From positions 17,933-81,932 of the forward strand of contig JAFXLG010000069.1 in the NCBI GenBank assembly GCA_017531305.1: a DNA stretch of 64,000 nt, read 5' to 3'. Below the pieces are notes generated by a model. That model was not told the DNA's origin and did no database searches. It saw only the letters and a program-made list of their open reading frames with translations. Positions 19,332 through 29,380 of the stretch are shown piece by piece. Origin of the DNA: Alistipes sp. (lineage in GTDB: Bacteria > Bacteroidota > Bacteroidia > Bacteroidales > Rikenellaceae). Within the stretch, counting starts at the first letter, position 1; each line of letters opens with the position of its first letter. The position numbers and the translations under genes are program-made.

Positions 19332-19412
19332 TTTGCGGGGCTTGAGTTGTTCAGGGCTGTGTAAAGGATTTAGAAGAAACAAATTTTAACAAACAAAAAT
19401 AGATTTAAAAAG

Positions 19413-20429
19413 ATGAAAAAATTGATTTACGGTGTAGCTGTTCTTGCAGTAGCAGCTATGATGGTGGCTTGCGGTGGTAAGACTGCCAATGGTATCTCTA
19501 AGGGTAGCAAGTCGAAGATGGACAGCCTTTCATATGCTATGGGTGTAAATATCGCTACCGATATCTCTGCTAATATGCCAGAGATGAAGTTCGATTGGAA
19601 TGTACTCGCAGCTCAGGCTGAGAAGGCTTTGTTCACTACCGTTAAGGAGGGTGAGGCAGATAAGGATCATGAGGCTGCGATTGAGGTTCTTCAGTCGTTC
19701 TTCTCACAGCAGCGTCCTCAGCGTATGAACCAGTTCATGCAGGATGCACGTGCTAAGGATTCTCTCGCAATGCCTAACTTTGCGGAGTATGATATCTTTG
19801 CTGGTGATGATGCAGAGCGTAAGAAGGTTTCAGAGGCTTATGGTTGCGATTTGGGTACAAACTTGCGTTCGGCTAATATCCCAATGCAGACTGTATGGTT
19901 CGTGCAGGGCTTGACTGATGTTGCTGATGCTAAGGCTACAATGACAAACGAGAAGGCTATGGAGCTTATTCAGACTTACTTCACTGTAACTCTTCCACAG
20001 CAGAACGCAGAGGCTTCAGCTAAGTGGTTGGCTCAGATCGAGAAGCAGAGCGGCGTGCAGAAGACTCCAAGCGGCTTGCTCTATCGTATCGACCGCGCAG
20101 GTGATGAGACTTTGAAGCCAAAGGCAACAGATATCGTGAAGGTTGATTATGAGGGTAAACTTCGTACAGGCAAGGTATTTGATTCATCATACGCTCGTGG
20201 CGAGGCTATCGAGTTCCCACTCAATCAGGTTATCCCAGGTTGGACTGAGGGTGTTCAGCTCGTAGGTAAGGGTGGTCAGATCACTTTGTGGATTCCAGCA
20301 GAGTTGGGTTATGGCGCACGTGGTGCAGGTGGCGACATCGGTCCTAACGAGGCTTTGGAGTTCAAGGTTGAGTTGCACGAGATTAAGGCAGTAGAGGCTC
20401 CTGAGGCAGCTCCAGCAGAGCAGAAGTAA
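19413..20429 (+). CDS. FKBP-type peptidyl-prolyl isomerase lipoprotein
   Basis: Lipobox MVAC; TPSGLLY, VDYEGKL, FDSSY, VIPGWTEG, IPAELGYG; expanded N-terminal domain. Confidence 0.95.
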   Translation: MKKLIYGVAVLAVAAMMVACGGKTANGISKGSKSKMDSLSYAMGVNIATDISANMPEMKFDWNVLAAQAEKALFTTVKEGEADKDHEAAIEVLQSFFSQQRPQRMNQFMQDARAKDSLAMPNFAEYDIFAGDDAERKKVSEAYGCDLGTNLRSANIPMQTVWFVQGLTDVADAKATMTNEKAMELIQTYFTVTLPQQNAEASAKWLAQIEKQSGVQKTPSGLLYRIDRAGDETLKPKATDIVKVDYEGKLRTGKVFDSSYARGEAIEFPLNQVIPGWTEGVQLVGKGGQITLWIPAELGYGARGAGGDIGPNEALEFKVELHEIKAVEAPEAAPAEQK

Positions 20430-20444
20430 AAGCGAGTTTAACGC

Positions 20445-20488
20445 AATAATAAAGCGGTGTCTGAAATCTCAGATACCGCTTTATTATT
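20445..20488. terminator. Bidirectional terminator
   Basis: AATAATAAAGCGGTGTCTGA / TCAGATACCGCTTTATTATT inverted repeat between convergent genes. Confidence 0.85.
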
Positions 20489-20503
20489 AGCTAACCGTTT
20501 GTC

Positions 20504-20875
20504 TTAGAATGGCAGATCGTCAACCTCTGCTACGGTTGAAGCCGATGTGTATTGTGGCTCTTCAGCAAGTGGTGGCATGTCGGGCATTGGAGCAACCTCA
20601 GCAGCCTCCTCCTGCTTTGGTTGCACACGCCATGCGCGTACATCGGTGTACCAACGACCATTGTACTCGCGTGACTCGATGTTGATTGATACGGTGTAAG
20701 TCTTACCCTCTTTGAGTGATGCTACATCGCTCGGACGGTTGAAGAAGATAACACATACTTTGCGAGAAAATTCGCTTGGGATCTCGAAAATGACCTCCTG
20801 ACGCTGCCAGTCGCCACGAGCCGATGTACCTGTTGTGGCTGGCATTATCTTGTAAACTACGCCTTCAAATTCCAT
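20504..20875 (-). CDS. DUF3127 OB-fold protein with SSB-like acidic tail
   Basis: MEFEG...W.RQE...IESREYNGRWYTDVRAW, C-terminus DDLPF. Confidence 0.9.
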   Translation of the reverse strand: MEFEGVVYKIMPATTGTSARGDWQRQEVIFEIPSEFSRKVCVIFFNRPSDVASLKEGKTYTVSINIESREYNGRWYTDVRAWRVQPKQEEAAEVAPMPDMPPLAEEPQYTSASTVAEVDDLPF

Positions 20876-21019
20876 AATGTGTAAAAATTTAAATTGTTTG
20901 ATTCTGACCGTAAAGATACGAAATTTTAGCCTTAAAATAAGAATCTGCTTAAAAATTAATCATTTCCTAAAAAATATTCTACTTACAGTATGATTATTGA
21001 TTTTCTGCTAATAAATCTG

Positions 21020-21027
21020 TATATTTG
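21020..21027 (+). promoter_or_regulatory. -7 element (TATATTTG) for uxaC operon
   Basis: TAnnTTTG consensus. Confidence 0.6.
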
Positions 21028-21079
21028 TCAATGCCAACTTATGTGAAAAGGTGTTGAGCTAACTAATCGATCATTAGAG

Positions 21080-22483
21080 ATGAAAACTTTTAACGACAAA
21101 GACTTCCTGTTGCAGAGCGATACTGCGCAGATACTCTATCATGAGCATGCATCGAAAATGCCAATTATTGACTATCATTGCCACCTTAATCCCGAATATG
21201 TGGCTTCGGATCACCGATTCCGCAATCTGAGCGAGATTTGGTTGGATGGCGATCATTATAAATGGCGTGCCATGCGTACCAATGGCGTGGCGGAGCGTTA
21301 TTGTACGGGTGAGGCTTCAGATTGGGAGAAATTCGAGAAGTGGGCTGAGACGGTGCCTTACACTATGCGCAACCCGCTTTATCATTGGACTCATCTCGAG
21401 CTTAAGACTGCTTTCGGAGTAGAAAAGTTGCTCAATCCTAAGTCGGCACGCGAGATCTATGACTATTGTTCGGAGAAGTTGCAACAGCCTGATTTCTCGG
21501 CTCGAGGACTTATGCGCCGATATAATGTGGAGGTGGTTTGTACTACTGATGATCCTGTGGATTCGCTGGAGCATCATATCAAGTGCCGAGAGGATGGCTT
21601 CGAATGTAAGGTCTTGCCTACATGGCGTCCCGATAAGGCTATGGCGGTGGAGAATCCTGCGGCTTTCAAAGCCTATGTAGATCGTCTGGGCGAGGTGTCG
21701 GGCGTGGAGATCAGCTCGTTTGCTACGATGATAGACGCCCTCAGAGTGCGCCATCGCTTCTTCGAGAGTGTCGGTTGCCGTTTGAGTGATCATGGTTTTG
21801 AGGAGTTCTATGCCGAGGATTATACTACGGCTCAGATCGAAGCCATTTTCAGCAAGGTCTATGGCGGTAAGGAGCTTTCGCTGCAAGAGATACGCCAATA
21901 TAAGAGTGCGATGCTCGTAGAGGGTGGCATAATGGACTCAGATAGTGGTTGGACTCAGCAGTTCCACTTCGGTGTGATTCGCAACAACAATAGCCGTAAG
22001 ATGGCATCCATAGGCGTTGATACGGGATTTGACTCGATTGGAGATTTTACGTTGGCTAAGAATATGGCTAAGTTCTTAGATAGGTTGGATCAGCAGGGTA
22101 AGTTGACCAAGACCATACTCTACAACCTCAATCCGCGCGATAACGAGATGGTAGCGACCATGATCGGTAACTTCCAGGATGGCGAGACAGCAGGTAAGAT
22201 ACAGTTCGGTTCGGGATGGTGGTTCTTGGATCAGAAGGAAGGCATGGAGCGTCAGATGAATGCACTCTCATTGTTGGGCTTGTTGAGCCGTTTTGTGGGT
22301 ATGCTGACTGACTCGCGCAGCTTCCTCAGCTATCCTCGTCACGAGTATTTCCGCCGCACGTTGTGTAACCTGATTGGAAATGATGTCGAGGCGGGTTTGT
22401 TACCTGCCAGCGAACTTGATTTTATCGGCAAGATGGTTGAGGATATCAGTTATAATAACGCCAAAGCATATTTTAATTTTTAG
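21080..22483 (+). CDS. uxaC: Glucuronate/galacturonate isomerase
   Basis: PIIDYHCHL, GDHYKWRAMR, CTTDDP, GSGWWFLDQ, GMLTDSRSFLSYPRHEYFRR. Confidence 0.97.
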   Translation: MKTFNDKDFLLQSDTAQILYHEHASKMPIIDYHCHLNPEYVASDHRFRNLSEIWLDGDHYKWRAMRTNGVAERYCTGEASDWEKFEKWAETVPYTMRNPLYHWTHLELKTAFGVEKLLNPKSAREIYDYCSEKLQQPDFSARGLMRRYNVEVVCTTDDPVDSLEHHIKCREDGFECKVLPTWRPDKAMAVENPAAFKAYVDRLGEVSGVEISSFATMIDALRVRHRFFESVGCRLSDHGFEEFYAEDYTTAQIEAIFSKVYGGKELSLQEIRQYKSAMLVEGGIMDSDSGWTQQFHFGVIRNNNSRKMASIGVDTGFDSIGDFTLAKNMAKFLDRLDQQGKLTKTILYNLNPRDNEMVATMIGNFQDGETAGKIQFGSGWWFLDQKEGMERQMNALSLLGLLSRFVGMLTDSRSFLSYPRHEYFRRTLCNLIGNDVEAGLLPASELDFIGKMVEDISYNNAKAYFNF

Positions 22484-22521
22484 ATCAAGCAAAAAAGTTT
22501 TATCAAGATACTTAAAATAAT

Positions 22522-23364
22522 ATGAAAACCAATTACCAAGTAAGATATGCCGCGCATCCACGCGATGCCAAAGGCTATGATACTGCTCGACTGAGAGAGG
22601 ACTTCCTGATCGAGAAAGTTTTTGCCGCCGATGAGGTCAATATGGTCTATTCGATGTATGACCGTATGGTTGTGGGTGGTGCAATGCCCGTGGATGAGGC
22701 TTTGAAGCTGGAGGCGATAGATCCTCTCAAGGCTGAGTATTTCCTCTCGCGCCGCGAGTTGGGTATCTTCAATGTGGGCGGTAAGGGTCGCGTGAAGGTT
22801 GGCGAGGAGAGCTTTGAGCTGGATTTCAAGGAGGCACTCTATTTAGGTGCAGGAGATCGCGAGGTGGTCTTTGAGAGCGTGGATAGTAGCGTGCCTGCAA
22901 AGTTCTATTTCAACTCATGTGTGGCTCACCACACTTATCCCGATCGTAAGGTAACAAAGGCAGACGCCATCGTTGCGCACATGGGATCGTTGGAGGGCTC
23001 GAATGATCGTAATATCAATAAGATGTTGGTGCGAGAGGTTCTCCCTACCTGCCAATTGCAGATGGGTATGACCGAGTTGATGACTGGTAGCGTATGGAAC
23101 ACCATGCCTGCCCATGTTCACTCGCGCCGCATGGAGGCTTATTTCTATTTCGAAGTGCCAGAGGAGCATGCCGTATGTCACTTTATGGGTGAGGTGGATG
23201 AGACTCGTCACATTTGGATGCGAGGCGAGCAGGCTGTGCTTTCGCCAGAGTGGTCTATCCATAGCGCGGCGGCTACCCACAATTATACCTTCATTTGGGG
23301 TATGGGAGGCGAGAATCTCGACTACTCGGATCAGGATTTTTCGTTGATTACGGATCTAAAGTAG
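22522..23364 (+). CDS. kduI: 5-dehydro-4-deoxy-D-glucuronate isomerase
   Basis: RRELGIFNVGG, CQLQMG, WNTMPAHVHSRRMEAY, SPEWSIH, WGMGGEN. Confidence 0.97.
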   Translation: MKTNYQVRYAAHPRDAKGYDTARLREDFLIEKVFAADEVNMVYSMYDRMVVGGAMPVDEALKLEAIDPLKAEYFLSRRELGIFNVGGKGRVKVGEESFELDFKEALYLGAGDREVVFESVDSSVPAKFYFNSCVAHHTYPDRKVTKADAIVAHMGSLEGSNDRNINKMLVREVLPTCQLQMGMTELMTGSVWNTMPAHVHSRRMEAYFYFEVPEEHAVCHFMGEVDETRHIWMRGEQAVLSPEWSIHSAAATHNYTFIWGMGGENLDYSDQDFSLITDLK

Positions 23365-23373
23365 GCTCTAAGT

Positions 23374-24168
23374 ATGGTAAGTTATTCGTTGGAAGGTAAG
23401 GTTGCGCTTGTGACAGGCGCGGCATACGGAATAGGCTTTGCCATGGCAGAGGCTTTGGCTCAGGCTGGGGCTAAAATCGCCTTTAATTGCCGTAGCGAGG
23501 AGCATTTGCAAAAGGCGTTGGATGAGTATAGAGACAAAGGCATTGAGGCTAAGGGTTATATCTGCGATGTGAGAGATGAGAAGTCTGTTGCAGAGATGAT
23601 TCGTAGCATAGAGCAGGAGTTGGGTGCAGTGGATATTCTGGTCAATAATGCAGGTATCATCAAACGTATCCCTATGCACGAGATGTCGGTAGAGGAGTTC
23701 TCGGAGGTGATAGATATAGATCTTGTAGCTCCATTTATCATGTCAAAGGCGGTCATTCCAAGTATGATTGAGCGAGGTGGAGGTAAGATTATAAACATCT
23801 GCTCGATGATGTCAGAGCTGGGACGTGAAACCGTGTCGGCATACGCGGCAGCTAAGGGTGGTTTGAAGATGCTCACACGTAACATCGCATCGGAGTATGG
23901 AGTATATAATATCCAATGTAACGCCATCGGACCGGGTTATATCGCCACTCCGCAGACCGCGCCATTGCGTGAACCAGATAAAGATGGTAAACCTCATCCA
24001 TTCGACAGTTTCATAATCTCCAAGACCCCTGCAGCACGTTGGGGTACGCCAGAGGATCTGAAGGGTCCAATACTCTTTTTGGCATCCGAGGCTTCAGATT
24101 TTGTGAATGGTCATGTGTTGTATGTCGATGGCGGAATCTTGGCATATATAGGTAAACAACCCAAATAG
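23374..24168 (+). CDS. Gluconate 5-dehydrogenase / KduD-like SDR
   Basis: TGAAYGIG, NNAGII, CSMMSELGR, YAAAKGG; follows kduI. Confidence 0.9.
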   Translation: MVSYSLEGKVALVTGAAYGIGFAMAEALAQAGAKIAFNCRSEEHLQKALDEYRDKGIEAKGYICDVRDEKSVAEMIRSIEQELGAVDILVNNAGIIKRIPMHEMSVEEFSEVIDIDLVAPFIMSKAVIPSMIERGGGKIINICSMMSELGRETVSAYAAAKGGLKMLTRNIASEYGVYNIQCNAIGPGYIATPQTAPLREPDKDGKPHPFDSFIISKTPAARWGTPEDLKGPILFLASEASDFVNGHVLYVDGGILAYIGKQPK

Positions 24169-24177
24169 AGAAGTCTT

Positions 24178-25314
24178 ATGAAGAGAGCATTGCTGACTTT
24201 GGTTTTGTTGTGGCTTTGTGGATGCGGAGTTGTGGGAGGTGGCATAGATGTAACCGTGACCAACCCTACCTCCTACGAGAGAGAGCATGAGAGCGTGGAG
24301 ATTGAGTGGGCGGAACTCGCAGGACGTGGTATTACGGCAGATAGGGTGATTGTGGAGGATGAGCAACGCAATCAGATCCCTTCGCAGGTGATATTCGATA
24401 AGAAGGGTGTGGCACAGAAACTCCTTTTTCAGGCGTCTGTCGGAGCTTCAGCCCAGAGTCACTATAAAATTAGAAGAAGGCGTGCCGACAGTTATGAGCC
24501 GAAGGTATATGGTCGTTATGTGCCTGAGCGCATGGATGATTATGCGTGGGAAAATAATCTGACGGCTTATCGTATCTATGGTCCGCGATTGAGCGATCCC
24601 AAGACTCAGGGCGTGGATGTGTGGGTGAAAAATACTCAGAAACTGATCATCAACGAGTGGTTTGCCCGTAATGACTACCATCACAACTATGGCGAGGGTA
24701 TGGATTGCTATAAGGTGGGCAATACGCTCGGCGGTGGTGCTTTGGCTGTAGTTGAGGATTCAAAGTTGCTTTTGAGTGGAAACTATCTGCGTCAGGAGTG
24801 TGTGGCGAATGGTCCGTTGCGTACCGAAGCAGAGTTTGTCTATGCGCCTGTTTCGGTTGGTAATCGCGATGTGGTCATTAAACGCCGTATTTGGCTCGAT
24901 GCCAATAGCCGTTTTACTTTTCAAGAGTATGAGCTGAGTGGTTTCGAAGGCGAGATAGAGGTTGCTGCAGGTATGGTGATGCACGATGTGAAGGATATCT
25001 CGCAGGACGAAAACTGGATTGCACTTACCGAGCCAGCATCGGATAGTGGTGATGCCAAGCGAGATGGCGATATCATGTTGGGCGTGATTTTGCAGGGTGC
25101 TCAGAAGCAGAGTCGTTTCAAGACTCATGCTTCGCCCAATCAGCAAGTGCAGCATGCTTTGATTTTACGCAAGGCGAAGGCTGGAGAGAAGATTCTTATG
25201 CTCAATGGCTCGGCGTGGAGTCATGCTGGCGTTGCGGGTGGTGCAGAGTGGGCAATGCAGGTCAAGCAGGCTGCCGACAGATTGAATAATCCACTTCAAG
25301 TAGAGCTAAAGTAG
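24178..25314 (+). CDS. DUF4861 family protein (pectin-locus associated)
   Basis: RYVPERMDDYAWEN...YRIYGP, DVWVK, YHHNYGEGMDCYKVGNTLGGG. Confidence 0.85.
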   Translation: MKRALLTLVLLWLCGCGVVGGGIDVTVTNPTSYEREHESVEIEWAELAGRGITADRVIVEDEQRNQIPSQVIFDKKGVAQKLLFQASVGASAQSHYKIRRRRADSYEPKVYGRYVPERMDDYAWENNLTAYRIYGPRLSDPKTQGVDVWVKNTQKLIINEWFARNDYHHNYGEGMDCYKVGNTLGGGALAVVEDSKLLLSGNYLRQECVANGPLRTEAEFVYAPVSVGNRDVVIKRRIWLDANSRFTFQEYELSGFEGEIEVAAGMVMHDVKDISQDENWIALTEPASDSGDAKRDGDIMLGVILQGAQKQSRFKTHASPNQQVQHALILRKAKAGEKILMLNGSAWSHAGVAGGAEWAMQVKQAADRLNNPLQVELK

Positions 25315-25347
25315 GGTTTTAGGGTTGCGCGTTATACAACTAAAAGA

Positions 25348-25383
25348 AAGAGGGTGCTAACAGATCTTGTTAAGCACCCTCTT
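25348..25383. terminator. Bidirectional terminator
   Basis: AAGAGGGTGCTAACA / TGTTAAGCACCCTCTT hairpin between convergent operons. Confidence 0.8.
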
Positions 25384-25405
25384 CTTGTGGATATATTATA
25401 TAGTA

Positions 25406-26854
25406 TTACAACTTTATCGGCATATATTTAGGTACAAATGCCTTCATTGCCAACCAGCTAGCAAGATAAGCCACGGCGCAGAACGAGAAGGCGATCATAT
25501 ATCCTGCCTCGATACCTGTGTATCCCATAAACGAGAGGGTGCTCGACTCGGCATAATCGAACAGATTACCTGCTCCCAGTTGTATGCAGAATGATCCGAT
25601 ACCGCCTGCCATTCCTCCGATACCTGTGATTGTGGCAATCATCGACTTAGGGAACATATCTCCAACTGTAGAGAAGATGTTGGCAGACCATGATTGGTGA
25701 GCTGCGGCAGCGATACCGACAATCACCACAGGGAACCAATAAGAGTATTGTGCCAAAGGCTGAGCCAAGAGTGCCAAGAGTGGGAAGAATGCAAAGATAA
25801 GCATGGCGCGCATACGTCCTGCGTAAGGATTCATCTTATACTTTTCGATGAAAATTGTAGGCAGGTAACCGCCCAAGAGTGAGATCATTACGATGAGATA
25901 TAGCACTCCCAATGCCAACTGGAATTCGAAACTTGTCGAAGCCATACCGCAGGCATTTTTTAGGTACGATGGCATCCAGAACAAGTAGAACCACCATACA
26001 CCATCGGCGATGATCTTACCCGAAATAAATGCCCATGTCTGACGATATGAGAAGCACTTCCAGAGCGATGGCTTTGGAGCCGAAGCCACCTCCTTAGCCT
26101 CCTGCTGAGCCTTCTGATCCTCCTCAGAGTCGGAGTTGATGTAAGCCAATTCGGCAGCGTTCACCATAGGGTTCTGATCGGGCTTCTTATAGAGGAATTG
26201 CCAGAATCCCATCCAGATAAATCCCAATGCACCGATGATGATAAAGGCAGCCTCCCAGCCGAATTTGTCGGCAAGGGTAGGGATGGTGAATGGGGCGAGC
26301 AAAGCACCGATTGTCGAGCCAGCATTGAAGATACTTGTTGCGTAGGCACGATCCTTCTTTGGGAAATACTCAGCCGTAGCCTTGATCGCCGCAGGGAAGT
26401 TTCCTGCCTCACCTATAGCCAAGACACATCGTGCCATGATGAAGAAGGTGAGTGATACGGTGGCAATTTTGGCTGCCAGATCGGTATTTTCTACCGCAGC
26501 TCTCAGAGCCTCGGCATTTGGCAGATCAACAACCCATTCGGTCGCCACGCCGCACAATGCGTGTACGCAGGCACCTACCGACCAAATGCCGATAGACCAC
26601 ATATAGCCGCGCTTGGTGTCGAGGAAATCTACTATGCGTCCCGCAAAGAGCATGGCTATGGCATAGACCAGCGAGAAGATACCTGTTACCCAGCCGTAGT
26701 TGGTGTTATTCCAGTGAAATTCAGGGCGGATGAAATCCTCCCATGTGAGTGAAAGAACCTGTCGGTCGAGGTAGTTGATCGTGGTTGCAAAGAAGAGCAA
26801 GCCGCAGATCGCCCAACGATACGAGGTCATTTTGTTTTGAGGTTGGTTTGTCAT
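25406..26854 (-). CDS. MFS hexuronate transporter (ExuT-like)
   Basis: TTINYLDRQ, GEAGNFPAAIK, EYFPKKDRA, WWFYLFWMP, AAHQSWSAN. Confidence 0.92.
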   Translation of the reverse strand: MTNQPQNKMTSYRWAICGLLFFATTINYLDRQVLSLTWEDFIRPEFHWNNTNYGWVTGIFSLVYAIAMLFAGRIVDFLDTKRGYMWSIGIWSVGACVHALCGVATEWVVDLPNAEALRAAVENTDLAAKIATVSLTFFIMARCVLAIGEAGNFPAAIKATAEYFPKKDRAYATSIFNAGSTIGALLAPFTIPTLADKFGWEAAFIIIGALGFIWMGFWQFLYKKPDQNPMVNAAELAYINSDSEEDQKAQQEAKEVASAPKPSLWKCFSYRQTWAFISGKIIADGVWWFYLFWMPSYLKNACGMASTSFEFQLALGVLYLIVMISLLGGYLPTIFIEKYKMNPYAGRMRAMLIFAFFPLLALLAQPLAQYSYWFPVVIVGIAAAAHQSWSANIFSTVGDMFPKSMIATITGIGGMAGGIGSFCIQLGAGNLFDYAESSTLSFMGYTGIEAGYMIAFSFCAVAYLASWLAMKAFVPKYMPIKL

Positions 26855-26866
26855 AGTATGTGTGAT

Positions 26867-27538
26867 TTACTTTTTATACTTAGCTATAATATCAAGTGCC
26901 TCGCGACATTTTTGGCTGATTGCAGCCCAATCCTTCTGCTCGATTACCGCTTTTGGAAAGAGCATAGATCCCATGCCGACAACCGTAACTCCAGCCTTGA
27001 ACCATGCCGAGAGATTCTCCTCGGTAGGCTCTACAGCTCCCGTAGCCATAATCATTGACCAAGGCATAGGAGCCAGAACATTCTTTACGAATGAAGGTCC
27101 GCCGACATTTCCAGCAGGGAAGATTTTGGTCAGATCACAACCTGCCTCCTGTGCCATGCCGATCTCCGAAACAGATCCACACCCGGGGGTGTAGGGTATC
27201 AGACGGCGATTGCAGAGGCGGGCAACTTCGGCATTGAATAGTGGTCCAACCACAAAGTTTGCTCCCAATTGGATGTATAATGCAGCAGTTGGAGCATCCA
27301 CAACGCTACCAACTCCCAAAATCAGTGCAGGGCACTCTTTGGCTGCCCACTTCACCAACTCGCCGAAAATTTCATGCGCAAAGTCACCTCGATTGGTGAA
27401 TTCGAAGGCTCTCACTCCACCATCGTAGCAAGCCTTAATGACCTGCTTCGAGAGCTCCAAATCGGCATTGTAGAATACGGGTATCATGCCTGTGAGTTTC
27501 ATGGTCTGCAAGACCTCTAACTTTGAAAAACGTGCCAT
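26867..27538 (-). CDS. eda: KHG/KDPG aldolase
   Basis: FEFTNRG, GVGSV, PGCGS, KIFP, TGAV. Confidence 0.93.
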   Translation of the reverse strand: MARFSKLEVLQTMKLTGMIPVFYNADLELSKQVIKACYDGGVRAFEFTNRGDFAHEIFGELVKWAAKECPALILGVGSVVDAPTAALYIQLGANFVVGPLFNAEVARLCNRRLIPYTPGCGSVSEIGMAQEAGCDLTKIFPAGNVGGPSFVKNVLAPMPWSMIMATGAVEPTEENLSAWFKAGVTVVGMGSMLFPKAVIEQKDWAAISQKCREALDIIAKYKK

Positions 27539-27553
27539 ATCTTTTGTCTCTTT

Positions 27554-28594
27554 TTATCGTGATACTCTGCCTGAGCCGTCACCCTTCATCAGACTCTCAA
27601 CCTCCGCAACGCTGACAAGGTTGAAGTCTCCATAGATGGTGTGTTTTAATGCCGATGCAGCAACGGCAAAATTCAGTGCGCGCTGATCATCTCCCTCAAA
27701 TGCTCGGAGTCCATAGATCAAGCCTCCCATAAACGAGTCTCCACCACCGACACGATCCACGATGTGGGTGATGTCGTAACGAGGTGATTCATAGAGCTTT
27801 TTGCCATCGAAGAGGACTCCTCCCCAAGTGTTGTGGTTGGCATTAATTGAGCCACGCAGGGTGATGATGACCTTCTTGGCGCGGGGGAATCTGTGCATGA
27901 GCTGAGAACATACGCTACGGAATGCCGAAGCCTTGACCTCTCCCTGAGTAGCGGTTACGTCAAAGCCTTCGGGCTTGATGCCAAAGACCTTCTCGGCATC
28001 CTCCTCGTTGCCGAGGATAACGTCACAACACGCTACCAAGTCGGGCATAATCTCGGCGGCAGTTTTGCCATATTTCCAAAGGTTTTTGCGGAAATTCAGG
28101 TCACACGAAACGGTCACGCCCATTCGATTTGCCACCTGACAAGCCTCCAAGCAGACCTCTGCTGCCGAAGCACTGATGGCGGGGGTGATACCTGTCCAAT
28201 GGAACCAGTCGGCATCGTGGAAGATGCTCTCCCAGTCGATCATTCCCTTCTCGATGGTCGAAATAGATGAGTGGGCGCGATCATATACCACCTTGCTGGG
28301 GCGAGCCACTGCGCCTGTCTCCAAAAAGTAGATGCCGAGTCGTTCTCCGCCTCGGACTATATTCTGCGTGCCAACGCCATGTCGGCGAAGTTCTCCAATA
28401 CAGCTATCTGCGATGTCATTGAGTGGCAGACGCGAAACAAACTCCACATCTACACCATAGTTTGCGAGTGATACCGCCACGTTTGCCTCTCCGCCACCAA
28501 ATGTGGCTGAGAATGAGGTTGCTTGTTTGAAACGGAGGTTATCGGGCGTTGCTAGACGCAACATGATCTCTCCGAAAGTTACGACTTTGCTCAT
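27554..28594 (-). CDS. kdgK: 2-dehydro-3-deoxygluconokinase (PfkB family)
   Basis: FGEIMLRL, GGGEANVA, DLNFRKNLW, DRVGGGDSF. Confidence 0.93.
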   Translation of the reverse strand: MSKVVTFGEIMLRLATPDNLRFKQATSFSATFGGGEANVAVSLANYGVDVEFVSRLPLNDIADSCIGELRRHGVGTQNIVRGGERLGIYFLETGAVARPSKVVYDRAHSSISTIEKGMIDWESIFHDADWFHWTGITPAISASAAEVCLEACQVANRMGVTVSCDLNFRKNLWKYGKTAAEIMPDLVACCDVILGNEEDAEKVFGIKPEGFDVTATQGEVKASAFRSVCSQLMHRFPRAKKVIITLRGSINANHNTWGGVLFDGKKLYESPRYDITHIVDRVGGGDSFMGGLIYGLRAFEGDDQRALNFAVAASALKHTIYGDFNLVSVAEVESLMKGDGSGRVSR

Positions 28595-28626
28595 CGTTGG
28601 TTCTTATTTTTTTTGAAAATTAATGA

Positions 28627-28634
28627 CAAATCTA
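28627..28634 (-). promoter_or_regulatory. -7 element (TAGATTTG) for kdgK-eda-MFS
   Basis: TAnnTTTG consensus. Confidence 0.55.
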
Positions 28635-28804
28635 ACAAAAAAGATGCTAATTTCAAAGCCACAGCACCTTATATATTGCCCGTAGAGTGAAAAGTTGGGT
28701 TAAGAAACACAATTTTGCAAAAATAAATTGACAGGATATAATTTTTGAGGGGAGAGTTTCGTTCATATTTATGAATGATATTTTGCAGATATAAATCATT
28801 ATGG

Positions 28805-28812
28805 TATATTTG
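28805..28812 (+). promoter_or_regulatory. -7 element (TATATTTG) for the lipoprotein gene
   Basis: TAnnTTTG consensus. Confidence 0.55.
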
Positions 28813-28857
28813 TGCTAAGAAAAATTGGAATAGTTAAGAAATAAATTAGGAATTGAT

Positions 28858-29295
28858 ATGAAAAAGTTTTTTTACTCTATTGTTATGGTGGCTTTTGCAG
28901 CCATTTCATTGGTTGCTTGTGAGGCTGAATTTAAGAGTGATTTTCTTGACCGTCTGCCTGGTAAGTGGGTGTTGGCAAATGTATATCCAGATGATGCTGC
29001 AAAGTATGTGACGGTGGGCGATGTCTTTACTTTCACCAAGGAGGGCAAGGCTGAGATTGATAATTCATTGGTTGCGAGCTTCGAGAATTTCCGTTGGTCA
29101 TATACCGCAGATCTTGAGAATGGTCAGAGTGAGTTCGGTGTTTTGGCAGACAGAAAGGTTGTGGGCGAAAGCTCAGGAAACGCAGTCTATTTGCTGTTTG
29201 GTATAGTGGCGTCTTCATCGGAGAATTATATTAAGTTGCAATACACTGACGATAAGTATATTACTTATACATACGAGCTTCGCCGTCAGCAGTAG
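28858..29295 (+). CDS. Small lipoprotein, lipocalin-like beta-barrel
   Basis: Lipobox SLVAC; LPGKWVL (GxW) and FTFTKEG motifs. Confidence 0.65.
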   Translation: MKKFFYSIVMVAFAAISLVACEAEFKSDFLDRLPGKWVLANVYPDDAAKYVTVGDVFTFTKEGKAEIDNSLVASFENFRWSYTADLENGQSEFGVLADRKVVGESSGNAVYLLFGIVASSSENYIKLQYTDDKYITYTYELRRQQ

Positions 29296-29324
29296 ATTAG
29301 CGAAAAATAATTGACAGAGAAAAT

Positions 29325-29356
29325 AAAACCGAGATCTTATGAGCGATCTCGGTTTT
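29325..29356. terminator. Bidirectional terminator
   Basis: AAAACCGAGATC / GATCTCGGTTTT. Confidence 0.82.
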
Positions 29357-29380
29357 GTTGTTTAGATACTCTTGGGAGGG

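Noticed and set aside
28762-28775. Palindrome TTCATA-TT-TATGAA between kdgK and the lipoprotein gene
   Set aside because: AT-rich, single copy; I saw no match upstream of uxaC.
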